Notes under the pieces: model-generated | The model's input: only the letters and a program-made list of their open reading frames with translations | What the model was told of the DNA's origin: nothing | The model's database searches: none | Assembly (NCBI GenBank): GCA_903908245.1 | Contig: CAIVRE010000033.1 | Span: 82,172-146,171, forward strand | Length of the DNA stretch: 64,000 bases | Origin: Candidatus Omnitrophota bacterium | GTDB lineage: Bacteria > Omnitrophota > Gorgyraeia > Zapsychrales > Fredricksoniimonadaceae | Direction of reading: 5' to 3' | Shown here: positions 1-9,605 of the stretch, piece after piece | How positions within the stretch are numbered: position 1 is the first letter of the stretch | Layout: every line of letters begins with the position of its first letter | Made by a program: the position numbers and the translations under genes

Positions 1-1
1 G

Positions 2-1885
2 GGCAGGGAGTTCTGGAGCAAGGTTTACGACAAGGCCCGGGAGATGTATGGCACGACCGATATCCCCGTAGATACCTTTAACAAGGTGTGGATCATTCCC
101 GATAAGGCGGCGGTTTATGAGAAGGACAATACGGCCGTCGTGGTGGATTGTCATTTGAAGGTGATGCTGGAAACGGATTATCTTGCCATGGCGGAAGGTG
201 CGCCGCCTGTTTTGCCGGTACCGGGAGGCAAGCCGGCGTTGGATATTTCAAAAGAGGTCATCCGCACGGTCGTTCTTCCTGAATTGGAAAAAGAGGTCAA
301 TGACGGCGAGTATTTCGCGCCGCTGCGGCAGGTGTATTATTCGATGATCCTGGCGACATGGTTCAAGCAGACGCTCAAGGAAGGCGTGATGGGGCAGATC
401 TATGCCGACCGGTCAAAGACGGCCGGTGTGGAGCAGGTGGATATTGCGTCGAATGAAAGGATCTATCAGCAGTATTTGGATGCGTTCAAGAAAGGCGCGT
501 TCAATTACATCAAGGATGATTATGACGCGTTGACCCGGGAAATGATCCCGCGGAAATATTTTTCGGGGGGTATCAATGCGGTATCTGTTGTGCCTGTGCT
601 CAACGAGCGTTCGCAGTTGACGTCCATGCAGGAAGGGGCTGTTGAGTCCGTGCAGAATAGCGGCCCTGATTTTGTCAAAGTCAATGTTGTGCCGTCTTCC
701 GGCCATGTTCCTGTGATCGTGACCGAGAAGCCTGCTTCCAATGCGAGTCAAAAGCAGGATCAGGTTGACCGGGCGCTGTCCGAGTGGGAGAGCTCCGTGC
801 AGGAAAAACTTCAGGCGGTCATCAAGGATAATAATGCGCCCGTGTTCCGGTCGAATGACGATTATGACGGTTTTATCCAGAAAGAACTTCAGATGCCGAT
901 CGAGAACATAGACCAGAGTTCGCGGTACGGCGGCTGGAAGGTTGTAACGCTTCTCTGGGAAAATTTTGCAGGAAAAATACAGAATGGCTGGAAGAACCTT
1001 AAAGACGGGGAATATCGGAAGGCAGCCTATGACTGGGGATTGTCTTTTGTTGATATTGTTCAATTCCCGGGTATCAGCCCGCCGTTTGTCCTTGAAATGA
1101 TGCCGAACAGCGAGGATACGGCCAGCAGGGATCATATTTCCGCGCAGAATGTCAAGGGGGCTTTTTCCCAGACGTTCATGAATAAACATGTGCGGCTTTA
1201 TCCTGGTCGTCTTCTGCTGTCTTTGGTGTTGGGTGGCGCAGTCATGTTCACGGCCGGATCCTTGGGTATGACTTCAGGGGTTTTATTCTTCATCGGGGAA
1301 GCATTGTTGGTGTTCCCTCCCATAGCGGTGGTCATTGCGTTCGTCGCCAATCGTTTGTTTATACCGGAAGGGCATGAATTATCCCATGTCCTTCAGAGGG
1401 CTGTTATAAAAGGAGTGATCGAGAGGCTGGAAAAGATCGAACCGTCCCTGGTCGAGCATTTTGCCAGGAATTTTCAGAAGATCGATCTGGAGCCGAATGT
1501 TTTTTACGGGATCGGGCGTAAGCCACCAACCGGAGCACAGGCCAGGAAAGTTGTTTCGGAATTGTTTTTGGGAATAAGAAAAGTTCTTGTGGCTGTGCCG
1601 GGCCAGGGGGCAGGGGCGGTGACGGAGCGGGCGGGAGATCCTCATCCGCAAGAGAACGGGAATGAGCCTGCGGCGGCGCCTGTGATAGCGTCTGCGCCTT
1701 CGGATGTCGGCGGTATCGACCTTAATGCCGATAAACTCGATCTGAGCATCAAGCGTGACGGGAAAGGGATTCTTCTGCCGATGCGCCTTCAGGATCCGTT
1801 GCTGTTGAATATCCCCGGATTTATCCCGGTGGTGGTGAGCATTGCCCCGTTGGACCCTTCAACAATGCCGGTCTTTCACCATTGA
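2..1885 (+). CDS. 5'-truncated large multidomain protein; N-terminal part is paralogous to the 41076..44303 protein, followed by TM helices and a unique C-terminus
   Basis: Reading frame is open from the window edge (…FWSKVYDKAREMYGTTDIPVDTFNKVWIIPD). Shares motifs FNKVWI(M/I)PD, MKVMLE(S/T)DY, FAPLRQ(I/V)Y, IPRKYFSGG and a C-terminal GGIDL with the 1075-aa protein. Hydrophobic stretch LLLSLVLGGAVMFTAGSLGMTSGVLFFIGEALLVFPPIAVVIAF. Confidence 0.6.
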   Translation, partial: GREFWSKVYDKAREMYGTTDIPVDTFNKVWIIPDKAAVYEKDNTAVVVDCHLKVMLETDYLAMAEGAPPVLPVPGGKPALDISKEVIRTVVLPELEKEVNDGEYFAPLRQVYYSMILATWFKQTLKEGVMGQIYADRSKTAGVEQVDIASNERIYQQYLDAFKKGAFNYIKDDYDALTREMIPRKYFSGGINAVSVVPVLNERSQLTSMQEGAVESVQNSGPDFVKVNVVPSSGHVPVIVTEKPASNASQKQDQVDRALSEWESSVQEKLQAVIKDNNAPVFRSNDDYDGFIQKELQMPIENIDQSSRYGGWKVVTLLWENFAGKIQNGWKNLKDGEYRKAAYDWGLSFVDIVQFPGISPPFVLEMMPNSEDTASRDHISAQNVKGAFSQTFMNKHVRLYPGRLLLSLVLGGAVMFTAGSLGMTSGVLFFIGEALLVFPPIAVVIAFVANRLFIPEGHELSHVLQRAVIKGVIERLEKIEPSLVEHFARNFQKIDLEPNVFYGIGRKPPTGAQARKVVSELFLGIRKVLVAVPGQGAGAVTERAGDPHPQENGNEPAAAPVIASAPSDVGGIDLNADKLDLSIKRDGKGILLPMRLQDPLLLNIPGFIPVVVSIAPLDPSTMPVFHH

Positions 1886-1891
1886 ATCACG

Positions 1892-3514
1892 TTATTTCAG
1901 AGGGATCTTTCGTTTGAATATGGCGGTTCCGTGCTGGCGCGACCAGAGGGGTTCGTTGGTCCAGTCGCCGAACCTGACGACCGGCTCAAAGCGGTCGGAG
2001 ATGTATTTTGCGATCCCCGGGCAAAAGGTGTTTCCGAAAGAGCCGATACCTGGCTCATGGCTGTGGATGCGGCTGGAGAGAAGGATATAATTCACCCGTG
2101 CGGATCCGATATCCCTCAGGATCGTTTGTTCCTGCTGCGGCGAGATGTTGATGTGGTCGAAAAATATCAGCATCCGGGTCGGCGATGGTTTTCCGGTCAG
2201 GTAATAATAGATCGGGTCGTAGGGCAGCGCGAAGAAGGTTTCATTCGCCGGGATGTGCGCGGACAGATATTGGGCGGTGGCTTCGACCGTGGTGATCCAT
2301 TGAAGGTCATTGCGGATGAATATTTTGGCCCGGGGATGCGGCAGATAATGGTTGGTGGTGTGGAGCTTTTTTGTTTCAGAATAAACGGTTTGCATTTGCC
2401 CTGCGGCGATGGAAAGGATCAGGAGGAAGACCATGATCCGTATCGGGCGGGTGAAATTGCTTAGCCCTAAGGCGATCACTGTGAACATCCAGACGATCCC
2501 GATCGGCTGCGCCCAAAAGCTGCGGTAGACAACGCCGCTTTTCAGGAATTCGTGAAAATTCAGCACACAATAAACGCCGAAGATGACGAGTGCCAGCAGA
2601 TAGGCCCGCTGTTGTTGGGGCGCAAGCTTCCTGGAATGAATGACAACAAGGGACTGAATGCAGGCGCAGATCAGGAGCATTCCAAAGGCGTAGTCACAGC
2701 CCAGTCCCAGAAAATTGGCTTTGACCAGGTTGAAGTATTCGCCAAGCGCGATCCAGGGCAGGGTGTTCATCGGTTGATCGGCATTTGAGTAGGGCATGCA
2801 CTGGCGGATCTCCAGCCAGCTTAAGCCGTGGAGGAATATCCAGTAGACCCCGGCAATGATCAAAGGAAGCATGAGCGCGCTGAAGGCGTAAAAGAACGTT
2901 TTTTTGGGGGATCCGGGGATGGAGTTGGTGCGGTCGGTCAAATATGCGGTGAGCAGCAGCGCCGGGATCGCCGCGATCCCGAAATTCACCTTGACCATGG
3001 CCAGGAGGAAGGCCGCGACCGCTCCTGTCCAGAGCCAGTCGTCATGGCGGGTCGTGATATAGCGCGCGATACAGAACATGAGGACGGCGATGCAGGTGAT
3101 CCCGCCGGCATGGTTGAAGGTGAAGAAGAAGTCGCGCCCGAAGGCAAAGAACCAGGCGGCTCCGGCGAATGCCGTCAATCCGCCGGCCAGTGTTTCCAGT
3201 GTCAGGAAGATGAACAGGCCCGAGGCCAGGGTGAGCAGGGCCTTGCCCAGCAGGATGCTCATCATGTTGACGCCCAGCAGGTAGTCCATGGTGGCGTAAT
3301 AATAGGGCATGATCGGCCCGTAGACCCACCAGTAGTCCTGATAGGGGATCTCTCCGTGCAATGTGCGTTCGAAGGCGTAGAAGTCGCGGCCGTGGTCGCC
3401 GGTGGAAAGAAAGCCTTGCGTGTCGATCGTCGGGTATAAGAAAACGATCCCCAGGGCCAGCGTCAGCCATAAAAAGATGCGGGAAGCATTGGAGGTGCCA
3501 GGGATTTTGTTCAT
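1892..3514 (-). CDS. polytopic integral membrane protein, possible GT-C-type glycosyltransferase-like
   Basis: 540 aa with many hydrophobic helices, aromatic-rich loops and a DHGRDFYAF motif. Convergent with the preceding gene. Family assignment is tentative. Confidence 0.45.
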   Translation of the reverse strand: MNKIPGTSNASRIFLWLTLALGIVFLYPTIDTQGFLSTGDHGRDFYAFERTLHGEIPYQDYWWVYGPIMPYYYATMDYLLGVNMMSILLGKALLTLASGLFIFLTLETLAGGLTAFAGAAWFFAFGRDFFFTFNHAGGITCIAVLMFCIARYITTRHDDWLWTGAVAAFLLAMVKVNFGIAAIPALLLTAYLTDRTNSIPGSPKKTFFYAFSALMLPLIIAGVYWIFLHGLSWLEIRQCMPYSNADQPMNTLPWIALGEYFNLVKANFLGLGCDYAFGMLLICACIQSLVVIHSRKLAPQQQRAYLLALVIFGVYCVLNFHEFLKSGVVYRSFWAQPIGIVWMFTVIALGLSNFTRPIRIMVFLLILSIAAGQMQTVYSETKKLHTTNHYLPHPRAKIFIRNDLQWITTVEATAQYLSAHIPANETFFALPYDPIYYYLTGKPSPTRMLIFFDHINISPQQEQTILRDIGSARVNYILLSSRIHSHEPGIGSFGNTFCPGIAKYISDRFEPVVRFGDWTNEPLWSRQHGTAIFKRKIPLK

Positions 3515-3565
3515 TGTGTATGTGAGGCATTGTAGTATAATTTCGCCATAACAGAAAGGGAGTTT

Positions 3566-3982
3566 ATGTCAGAAGAATTGAAGCCTGTAGAAAATGTTGT
3601 AGGATCGCAGCCGGCTGCCATGCCTGGTCCGGTCGTTGTCAAGCCCGCGGAGGCGCTGGTCACGATCGATGATTTCAAGAAGTTCCGGATCGTGGTCGGA
3701 GAGATCAGGGAGGCTGTTTTGCATCCGAACGCGGACAAGTTGTTCGTGTTGAAAGTGGATATCGGTTCCGCCGGGATCCGTCAGGTGGTGGCGGGTATCC
3801 GCCGGTCATATGCGCCTGAACAGCTCGTTGGCAGGCGTGTGGCGCTGATCGCCAACCTGGCGCCGGCGGTCATCCGCGGGGTGGAGTCGCAGGGGATGGT
3901 CCTGGCGGCCTCTGATGATGCCGGAGTGTCGGTCCTTTCTCCCGATCGCGCCGATCTGGCGCTGGGCAGTACGGTGAAATGA
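3566..3982 (+). CDS. tRNA-binding domain protein (CsaA/Myf, MetRS C-terminal-like)
   Basis: DDFKKFRIVVGEI…HPNADKLFVLKVDIGS…RQVVAGIRRSY…LVGRRVALIANLAPAVIRGVESQGMVLAA matches the OB-fold tRNA-binding domain consensus. Stop overlaps the next start (ATGA). Confidence 0.7.
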   Translation: MSEELKPVENVVGSQPAAMPGPVVVKPAEALVTIDDFKKFRIVVGEIREAVLHPNADKLFVLKVDIGSAGIRQVVAGIRRSYAPEQLVGRRVALIANLAPAVIRGVESQGMVLAASDDAGVSVLSPDRADLALGSTVK

Positions 3983-5358
3983 ACGCTCCTCAACTGGTCC
4001 CTTCTGAATTCTGCCTGCAGTGCCGGGGGTGCTGTGTATTGCGCGAGCCGAAAAGTCCGTGGTCCGCGCATTTGATGGTGGAGGAAGAGATCGCGCTTGA
4101 GAAGCGTGTCCCCGGGGTCTCTTTTGGCGGCCAGCTTTTGACAGCGCCTTCTTCCGACGGGCGCAATGGCTGCCGCTGCCTGGATACGGACGATCATCGT
4201 TGCCGTGTTTACAGTGCCCGTCCGTTCGAGTGTGCCTTGTATCCTTTTCTCTTGTCGTTTGAGAATGGCGGCCTGAGGCTTTATGCCCATGAGGCCTGTC
4301 CTTATGTGCGGGAACAGCGGCGTTCGGCTCGATGGGGGCAATATGTTGCCGGGTTGAAGGGGTTCTTGTGTTCGCCGGCCAACGCCGCCTTGTTGAAGGC
4401 CGCGGCCGCGGCGTATCCGGATTACAGTCCGTTCCATAATGAAGTCGAGTTTATCGCGGATATTCCTTCCGGCGGTGGGGCAGATGCCCTTTTGGAGCGG
4501 AAGCAGGAGCTCGACGGCTGGTTTGGCCGCCGCACGCCTGTGTTATCGTCGAGGTCGTTGGTGAGCGTGTTCGCGTGGAGCGACCTGTTCGATTTTACGG
4601 TGGAAGAGGTGGACGGGAATTGCCTGGTCTTTGCGCGGCAGAACGAGGCGGAGTTCCTGTATTGCCCGCCGTTGGGTGATGTCATAAGCCCGCGGGCGCT
4701 GGAGGCCGCGTTCGGCCGCATGAAAGGCGGCGCAGCGCGCGTGGAGGCTGTCGCGGAGCCTGAACTGGCCGCGTTCGACGGTGCGTGTTATCGCGCTCAT
4801 TTGCAGGGGGAGGAATATTATTACGAGCGCGGCCGGATCGCGTCGCTGGGGGGGAATGGTTATCGTTCCAAGCGTTCGGACCTTAACGGTTTTTTAAAAA
4901 GACATCATCCGGTCTTCAGGCCATTCCATGAGGAAGACGCGAAGGCGTGCCACGATCTTTTTGACCGCTGGCTTGACAATCGCCGCGCTTCATATGAAGA
5001 TGACATTTATCGCGCGATGCTGGTGGAAAACCGCCCGGTCCACCGGAGGATGATCGCACATGCTTCCCGGCTGGGTTTATCCGGAAGGGTTGTGGAGGCG
5101 GACGGTGTGTTGGCCGGGTATACATTCGGCTATCCTCTTAACAATGAAACTTTTTGTGTAGCGCTGGAAGTGACCGCGCCGGAATTCAGGGGCTTGCCGG
5201 CGTTCATTTTTCGCGAATTCTGCGCTGATACCGAGCTGGCGTCGTACAAGTTCATTAACGCGATGGACGATTTCGGGATGCCGAGCGTGGCCAGGGCCAA
5301 ACGTTCCTGGCGCCCCGCGTTCATGCAGAAGGTCTATTCCATATGTTTAAAGCCTTAG
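3979..5358 (+). CDS. fusion protein: N-terminal YkgJ/UPF0153-type CxxCxxCC metal-chelating domain plus C-terminal DUF2156 (MprF C-terminal-like aminoacyl-tRNA transferase / GNAT-fold) domain
   Basis: CLQCRGCC plus further Cys/His (…DTDDHRCRVYSARPFECALYPF). C-terminal ~300 aa have a DUF2156-like pattern (LVFARQN…FLYCPPLGD…RAMLVENRPVHRRM…GYTFGYPLNNETFCVALEVT…YKFINAMDDFG). Confidence 0.5.
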   Translation: MNAPQLVPSEFCLQCRGCCVLREPKSPWSAHLMVEEEIALEKRVPGVSFGGQLLTAPSSDGRNGCRCLDTDDHRCRVYSARPFECALYPFLLSFENGGLRLYAHEACPYVREQRRSARWGQYVAGLKGFLCSPANAALLKAAAAAYPDYSPFHNEVEFIADIPSGGGADALLERKQELDGWFGRRTPVLSSRSLVSVFAWSDLFDFTVEEVDGNCLVFARQNEAEFLYCPPLGDVISPRALEAAFGRMKGGAARVEAVAEPELAAFDGACYRAHLQGEEYYYERGRIASLGGNGYRSKRSDLNGFLKRHHPVFRPFHEEDAKACHDLFDRWLDNRRASYEDDIYRAMLVENRPVHRRMIAHASRLGLSGRVVEADGVLAGYTFGYPLNNETFCVALEVTAPEFRGLPAFIFREFCADTELASYKFINAMDDFGMPSVARAKRSWRPAFMQKVYSICLKP

Positions 5359-5966
5359 AATCCGAGTATGTGGTCTTTGACGTTGAGACAACGGGCCTTT
5401 CCGTTATTGAAGGGGACCGTATCATTGAGATCGCCGCGCTGCGGTTGAAGAACGGGGTCCTGGCAGAGAGGATCGTGTCGCTGGTCAATCCCGGCCGCCC
5501 CTTGTCGGCGGGAGCGCAGGACGTGAACGGGATCACGGAAGAGATGGTGCGCGAGGCTCCTCCGGCGTCCGAGGTCCTTCCCCGGATGATCGAATTTTCT
5601 TCTCATGCCTGCCTGGTCGCGCATAACGCGAGCTTTGATATCAAGTTCCTGGCCTATGAGCTGGCGCTGAGCGGCCGCAAGCTTTACGATGCAACGCCTG
5701 TGATCGATACGATCAAAATGGCCAAGGCGTTCCTGCCCTATCTTTCCAGCTACCGCCTTGGGGCGCTGGCGAATTCCCTGGGCGTGAAGATCGGGATCGC
5801 GCATCGCGCCGAGGCGGATGTGGAGATCACGGTCTCCGTGTTCCAGCGGTTGCTTTCGATGGCGGAGGATCATAACATCCACGATCTCAAGACGCTGGTG
5901 GCCAGGTTCGGTGTGGAAAAGCCCAGTTTTAAACTGAACAACTCTTCCCAGGATTCTTTCTTTTGA
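5343..5966 (+). CDS. DEDDh 3'-5' exonuclease, DnaQ/epsilon-like
   Basis: VVFDVETTGL (Exo I), CLVAHNASFDIKFL (Exo II), AHRAEADV (Exo III). Confidence 0.7.
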   Translation: MFKALESEYVVFDVETTGLSVIEGDRIIEIAALRLKNGVLAERIVSLVNPGRPLSAGAQDVNGITEEMVREAPPASEVLPRMIEFSSHACLVAHNASFDIKFLAYELALSGRKLYDATPVIDTIKMAKAFLPYLSSYRLGALANSLGVKIGIAHRAEADVEITVSVFQRLLSMAEDHNIHDLKTLVARFGVEKPSFKLNNSSQDSFF

Positions 5967-7285
5967 TCGCGGCGGATCTTTTGCCTTTTTTGCCCGATAC
6001 CATGGCCGTCCTTGGCGCGCTTGTCGGTGAGCCGGGTGTTTTCCTCCTGGATTCTTCCGACGGCAGCGGTTGGTCTTATATCGGCGTATGTCCTGTAAGG
6101 ACATGGAGCGGGAATTCGCTGCCGGATTGGGATAAATTCCGGGAGGAGGCGCGGCCTTTTCTGGGCCTGGCCCGTTCGTCCGGGGTCCCGTTCCCTGCGG
6201 GGATCATGGGGGCGGTCAGTTATGACCTCGGCCTTTTGTTGGAAGGCGTTGTTTCGCGTCATCCCGGTCTTCAGGACGGGTCGGCGCTGTTTTCATTCGG
6301 ATATTATGAAAGCGTCCTGGCCTTTTGTCACGGCCGGGGGCAGGCATTCCTCTGCGGCCGGGAGGGCTCGCCTTCCTGGCGGATCCTCAAGGAGGCTTCG
6401 GCGGTGCGGTCGGCATCATTGTCGTCTTCTTCGGCGAGGCCATTGGTCCCGCCGCCCGGGATGGCCTTGCCTTTATCAGACCACGATGAAGCCCGGTATG
6501 TTCAAATGGTCCTTCGCGCGCTCGCTTTGATACAGGCGGGAGAGATCTATGAGGTCAATTGTTCGCGGCGTTTTTATATTCCCCGCCTTTTCTCTTTACC
6601 GGAAGCGTTCCTTTTATATCAGCGCTTGCGCGTGCATTCGCCGGTGCCATACGGGGCGTTCTGGAGTGCCGGGGCAATGAAGGTTTTAAGTGCTTCCCCC
6701 GAGATGTTCCTTGATCTTTATGACGGGCGGGTGATGACGCGCCCCATGAAAGGGACCCGTCCTCGCGGGAATGATGCTGCCGCGGATGCGCGTTATCGCC
6801 GGGAACTGGAGGAAAGCCCAAAGGAGCGTGCCGAGTTGCTGATGGTCACGGACCTGCTGCGCAACGATCTGGGCAAGGTTTGCCGGACGGGGTCAGTGGT
6901 GGTGCGCGACCTGCGCACGATCGAGCCCTATCGCGGCGTATTCCAGGCGACCTCTTGCGTGGAGGGGCGGTTGCGCCAGGGGCAGGACGCTTTTGACCTG
7001 ATAGAGGCTGCTTTTCCCGGAGGGTCGGTGACCGGATGCCCCAAGCACCGGGCCGTGCTGGCCATTGATGGCCTGGAGCTTTCCCGGCGGGGTTATTATA
7101 CGGGCGCGCTGGGCTACATTTCATGTTATGGGGATATGATGCTCAATATGCTGATCCGTACGGTCATCCTTGACCGTTGCGGCGCGCATTTTTCAGCCGG
7201 AGGCGGGATCGTGGCGGATTCTGATCCGGCTTTGGAGTATGAGGAAACAGCACTTAAGGCGGAAGGGATGGCCGCGGCATTTTGA
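5963..7285 (+). CDS. pabB: aminodeoxychorismate synthase component I / chorismate-binding enzyme
   Basis: PMKGTRPRG, LLRNDLGKV, FPGGSVTGCPKHRA, RRGYYTGALGY motifs typical of the chorismate-binding family. Followed by a coupled pabC-like gene. Confidence 0.7.
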   Translation: MIAADLLPFLPDTMAVLGALVGEPGVFLLDSSDGSGWSYIGVCPVRTWSGNSLPDWDKFREEARPFLGLARSSGVPFPAGIMGAVSYDLGLLLEGVVSRHPGLQDGSALFSFGYYESVLAFCHGRGQAFLCGREGSPSWRILKEASAVRSASLSSSSARPLVPPPGMALPLSDHDEARYVQMVLRALALIQAGEIYEVNCSRRFYIPRLFSLPEAFLLYQRLRVHSPVPYGAFWSAGAMKVLSASPEMFLDLYDGRVMTRPMKGTRPRGNDAAADARYRRELEESPKERAELLMVTDLLRNDLGKVCRTGSVVVRDLRTIEPYRGVFQATSCVEGRLRQGQDAFDLIEAAFPGGSVTGCPKHRAVLAIDGLELSRRGYYTGALGYISCYGDMMLNMLIRTVILDRCGAHFSAGGGIVADSDPALEYEETALKAEGMAAAF

Positions 7286-8022
7286 AACGACAATGCATAC
7301 TCTTTGACGGAGAATGGCTTGAGGCAGACGGCCCCTTTTTGCATGGCCTGACCCCCGGCGTGCGAAAGCGTTGCGGCGCTTTCGAGACCCTGCGTATTTC
7401 CGCCGGCCATGTCCGGGACCTGGGCGCTCATTATCGCCGGCTTTGCCGGGGGCTCAGGGTCCTTGCGATCCCGGCGCCCTGGACAAAGAAGGCGCTGGAG
7501 GATCTTATAAGGATACTGTTGAGCCGGGCGCCGGATGCCGGGCGTTTGCGTGTGATGGTCTGGCATGATCGTTCCAGGCCGCATTGGTCTCTTGTCCCGG
7601 GGGAATACACGCCGCCTGGGCCGGAGCTTTATGCGCGGGGGGTGAATGTCCTGCTGGTCCCTGTGCGCAAAGAGTTCGGCAAGGAGGACGGGATCTTCAA
7701 GCCGCTGGATTATGCGCTTTATCGCAGGGCGTTCGAACGTGCGCGCCGGTGTGGATGTTTTGAGGCGCTGCTTTACCGCAAGGACGGAAGGATCATTGAC
7801 GGAAGCCGCAGCAGCCTCCTGCTTTTGACAGATAACGCCCTGGTTGTTCCTCCGGCCGGCTACGGGACTTTGGACGGCCTGATGCGTCGGAAGGTCATTG
7901 CGCTGGCCTGTGCGGCCGGATTGCGTGTTTCCCGTCGGAATGTTTTTACGCGAGACCTGGCCCTGGCCCGCGGGGCATGGCTTGTCAATTCACTTGTCGG
8001 AATGATACGGATAAAGCTCTGA
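7282..8022 (+). CDS. pabC: aminodeoxychorismate lyase (class IV aminotransferase fold)
   Basis: ATGA overlap with pabB. Size and sequence consistent with the PabC / BCAT class IV family. Confidence 0.55.
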   Translation: MKRQCILFDGEWLEADGPFLHGLTPGVRKRCGAFETLRISAGHVRDLGAHYRRLCRGLRVLAIPAPWTKKALEDLIRILLSRAPDAGRLRVMVWHDRSRPHWSLVPGEYTPPGPELYARGVNVLLVPVRKEFGKEDGIFKPLDYALYRRAFERARRCGCFEALLYRKDGRIIDGSRSSLLLLTDNALVVPPAGYGTLDGLMRRKVIALACAAGLRVSRRNVFTRDLALARGAWLVNSLVGMIRIKL

Positions 8023-8063
8023 TTTCTTTTACGCTGCAGCATGGCGCGGAATAGGATCTCCCT

Positions 8064-8516
8064 ATGAAAAAACGTCCTGTCGGTGTGATCGTTCTCGGGG
8101 TCCTTTTTATTCTGACTTCGCTGGACTCGCTTCGGCTTATGCCGGGCTATGATCTTTATCGTCAGGTCAATCATGACTGTCCGAACGCTTGGTTGTTGAT
8201 CCGGTTCGCCGGTTCGTATATTTTTCGCCTGGTCGGTTTGTTTGGCGGGATCGGCCTTTTATGCCTGAATGATCCTGTGCGCAGGTTTTTGATCGGTTTT
8301 TCCTGGTATTGCCTTCTGACATTGCCATTGCGCCATACCTATAGCGCCCAGTTCTTTTATTCAGAGCCGCTTTATCGCCAGAACGGGTCCATGTTCTCCC
8401 TCGAGGTGTTCACCTGGATCGCGGTCATTGTCCGCTGGCTGATCGATGGGGTGTTTTCGGCTGCGGTGATCTTTTATCTCAGCCGGGCGAAGGTACGGGA
8501 GCGGTTTTGTCCTTGA
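8064..8516 (+). CDS. hypothetical membrane protein
   Basis: 150 aa, 4-5 hydrophobic helices, no recognisable family. Confidence 0.4.
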   Translation: MKKRPVGVIVLGVLFILTSLDSLRLMPGYDLYRQVNHDCPNAWLLIRFAGSYIFRLVGLFGGIGLLCLNDPVRRFLIGFSWYCLLTLPLRHTYSAQFFYSEPLYRQNGSMFSLEVFTWIAVIVRWLIDGVFSAAVIFYLSRAKVRERFCP

Positions 8517-8548
8517 ACGACCGCGCTCTTCCCATTATAATAATTTCT

Positions 8549-9595
8549 ATGAAAAAAATCATCCTGTTCACTGTGATCGGAGCCATGGTCGCGTCGATAG
8601 CGGGTGCCGCAATGGAGGATAACAATGCCGCGGTCAGCGCCGCGCTGGACCGGATGTCCCGGCGCAACGACTCTCCCCGCTGGACGTCTTCCCTGGTGGA
8701 GGTGGAGGGGGCCGCCGCGGACCTGGTTGATGCGAACCGCAAGCTTATGACAGAAAATCAGTCGCTGTTGGCCGCGCAGGCCGCTCTGGAGGCGGATATC
8801 CGTGTTCAGCGCCAGAAGAACAGTGACCAGGCGTCGGTCGTTGCGGAGCGACGGGCAGAGCTTAATTTACCGGCGTCAGGTCGCGCCGAACGGCAGAAGC
8901 TTTCGCAATCTGAAAAAGATATCCAGCAGGCGCGCGGGGAGGTTTCTTTGGCGCAGGCGCGGCTTAAAGCCGTTGACAGCAAGTTGGCGTTGCAGAAGTT
9001 GAAGGTCCAGGGCCTGGAGATCGAGAAGCAGTCGCTTTTGATGGACCGTGACGCACGCACCGTTCTGACACTCGGGACCCTTAAGCAAAGCATTGTGTCG
9101 CTCAAGGGCCAGGTGGATTCACAGAAAGGCCAGATCGATTTTGTCCGTCAGAAGATCAGCGGCCTTAAGAGCGTCGACCGTCCGGATCTTAAGGAGGCGG
9201 GCCAGTTGATCGCGGATAATGTCAAGTTAAAGAGCGATCTTGCGCTGTTGATGGCCCAGCGTACGGAATTGCTTGCGCAGATCGATGCGGCGGTGGAAAA
9301 GAAGAACAAGGCTGGCACTTCGGCGGATGTTCGGCGGCTTGCGGACCTTTCCGCGCGCAAGGCCGGCCTGGAATCCCGTATTGCGGCCGCGCAGGCCAGG
9401 CTGGACAGCCTGACCGCGCAAGCCAATACGTCAACGGTGAATGCCACGGCATTGACCGCGCAGATCAAGGGCCTTGAGGATGAGAACAAGGCCCTTGAGG
9501 AATCAATGGGGAATGTCCGTGAGAATATTGCGGTCCTGGAATACCGCATGAATTCACTGACACGTTACAAGAACCGGAATTCCAACAAAAATTAA
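8549..9595 (+). CDS. secreted coiled-coil protein
   Basis: Signal-peptide-like MKKIILFTVIGAMVASIAGAA followed by long heptad-rich Q/A/L/K sequence. Start chosen at the internal MKK. Confidence 0.5.
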   Translation: MKKIILFTVIGAMVASIAGAAMEDNNAAVSAALDRMSRRNDSPRWTSSLVEVEGAAADLVDANRKLMTENQSLLAAQAALEADIRVQRQKNSDQASVVAERRAELNLPASGRAERQKLSQSEKDIQQARGEVSLAQARLKAVDSKLALQKLKVQGLEIEKQSLLMDRDARTVLTLGTLKQSIVSLKGQVDSQKGQIDFVRQKISGLKSVDRPDLKEAGQLIADNVKLKSDLALLMAQRTELLAQIDAAVEKKNKAGTSADVRRLADLSARKAGLESRIAAAQARLDSLTAQANTSTVNATALTAQIKGLEDENKALEESMGNVRENIAVLEYRMNSLTRYKNRNSNKN

Positions 9596-9605
9596 GGACA
9601 CTTTT

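Noticed and set aside
413-1189. 258-aa minus-strand ORF, and a similar one at 41742..42512, sharing the KIFPRDHFPGQ motif
   Set aside because: The shared motif is just the reverse complement of the conserved IPRKYFSGG region of the paralogous + strand genes, so these are antisense artefacts.
3781-4437. 218-aa minus-strand ORF
   Set aside because: Antisense to the tRNA-binding and DUF2156 genes. Arg/Pro/Gly-rich.
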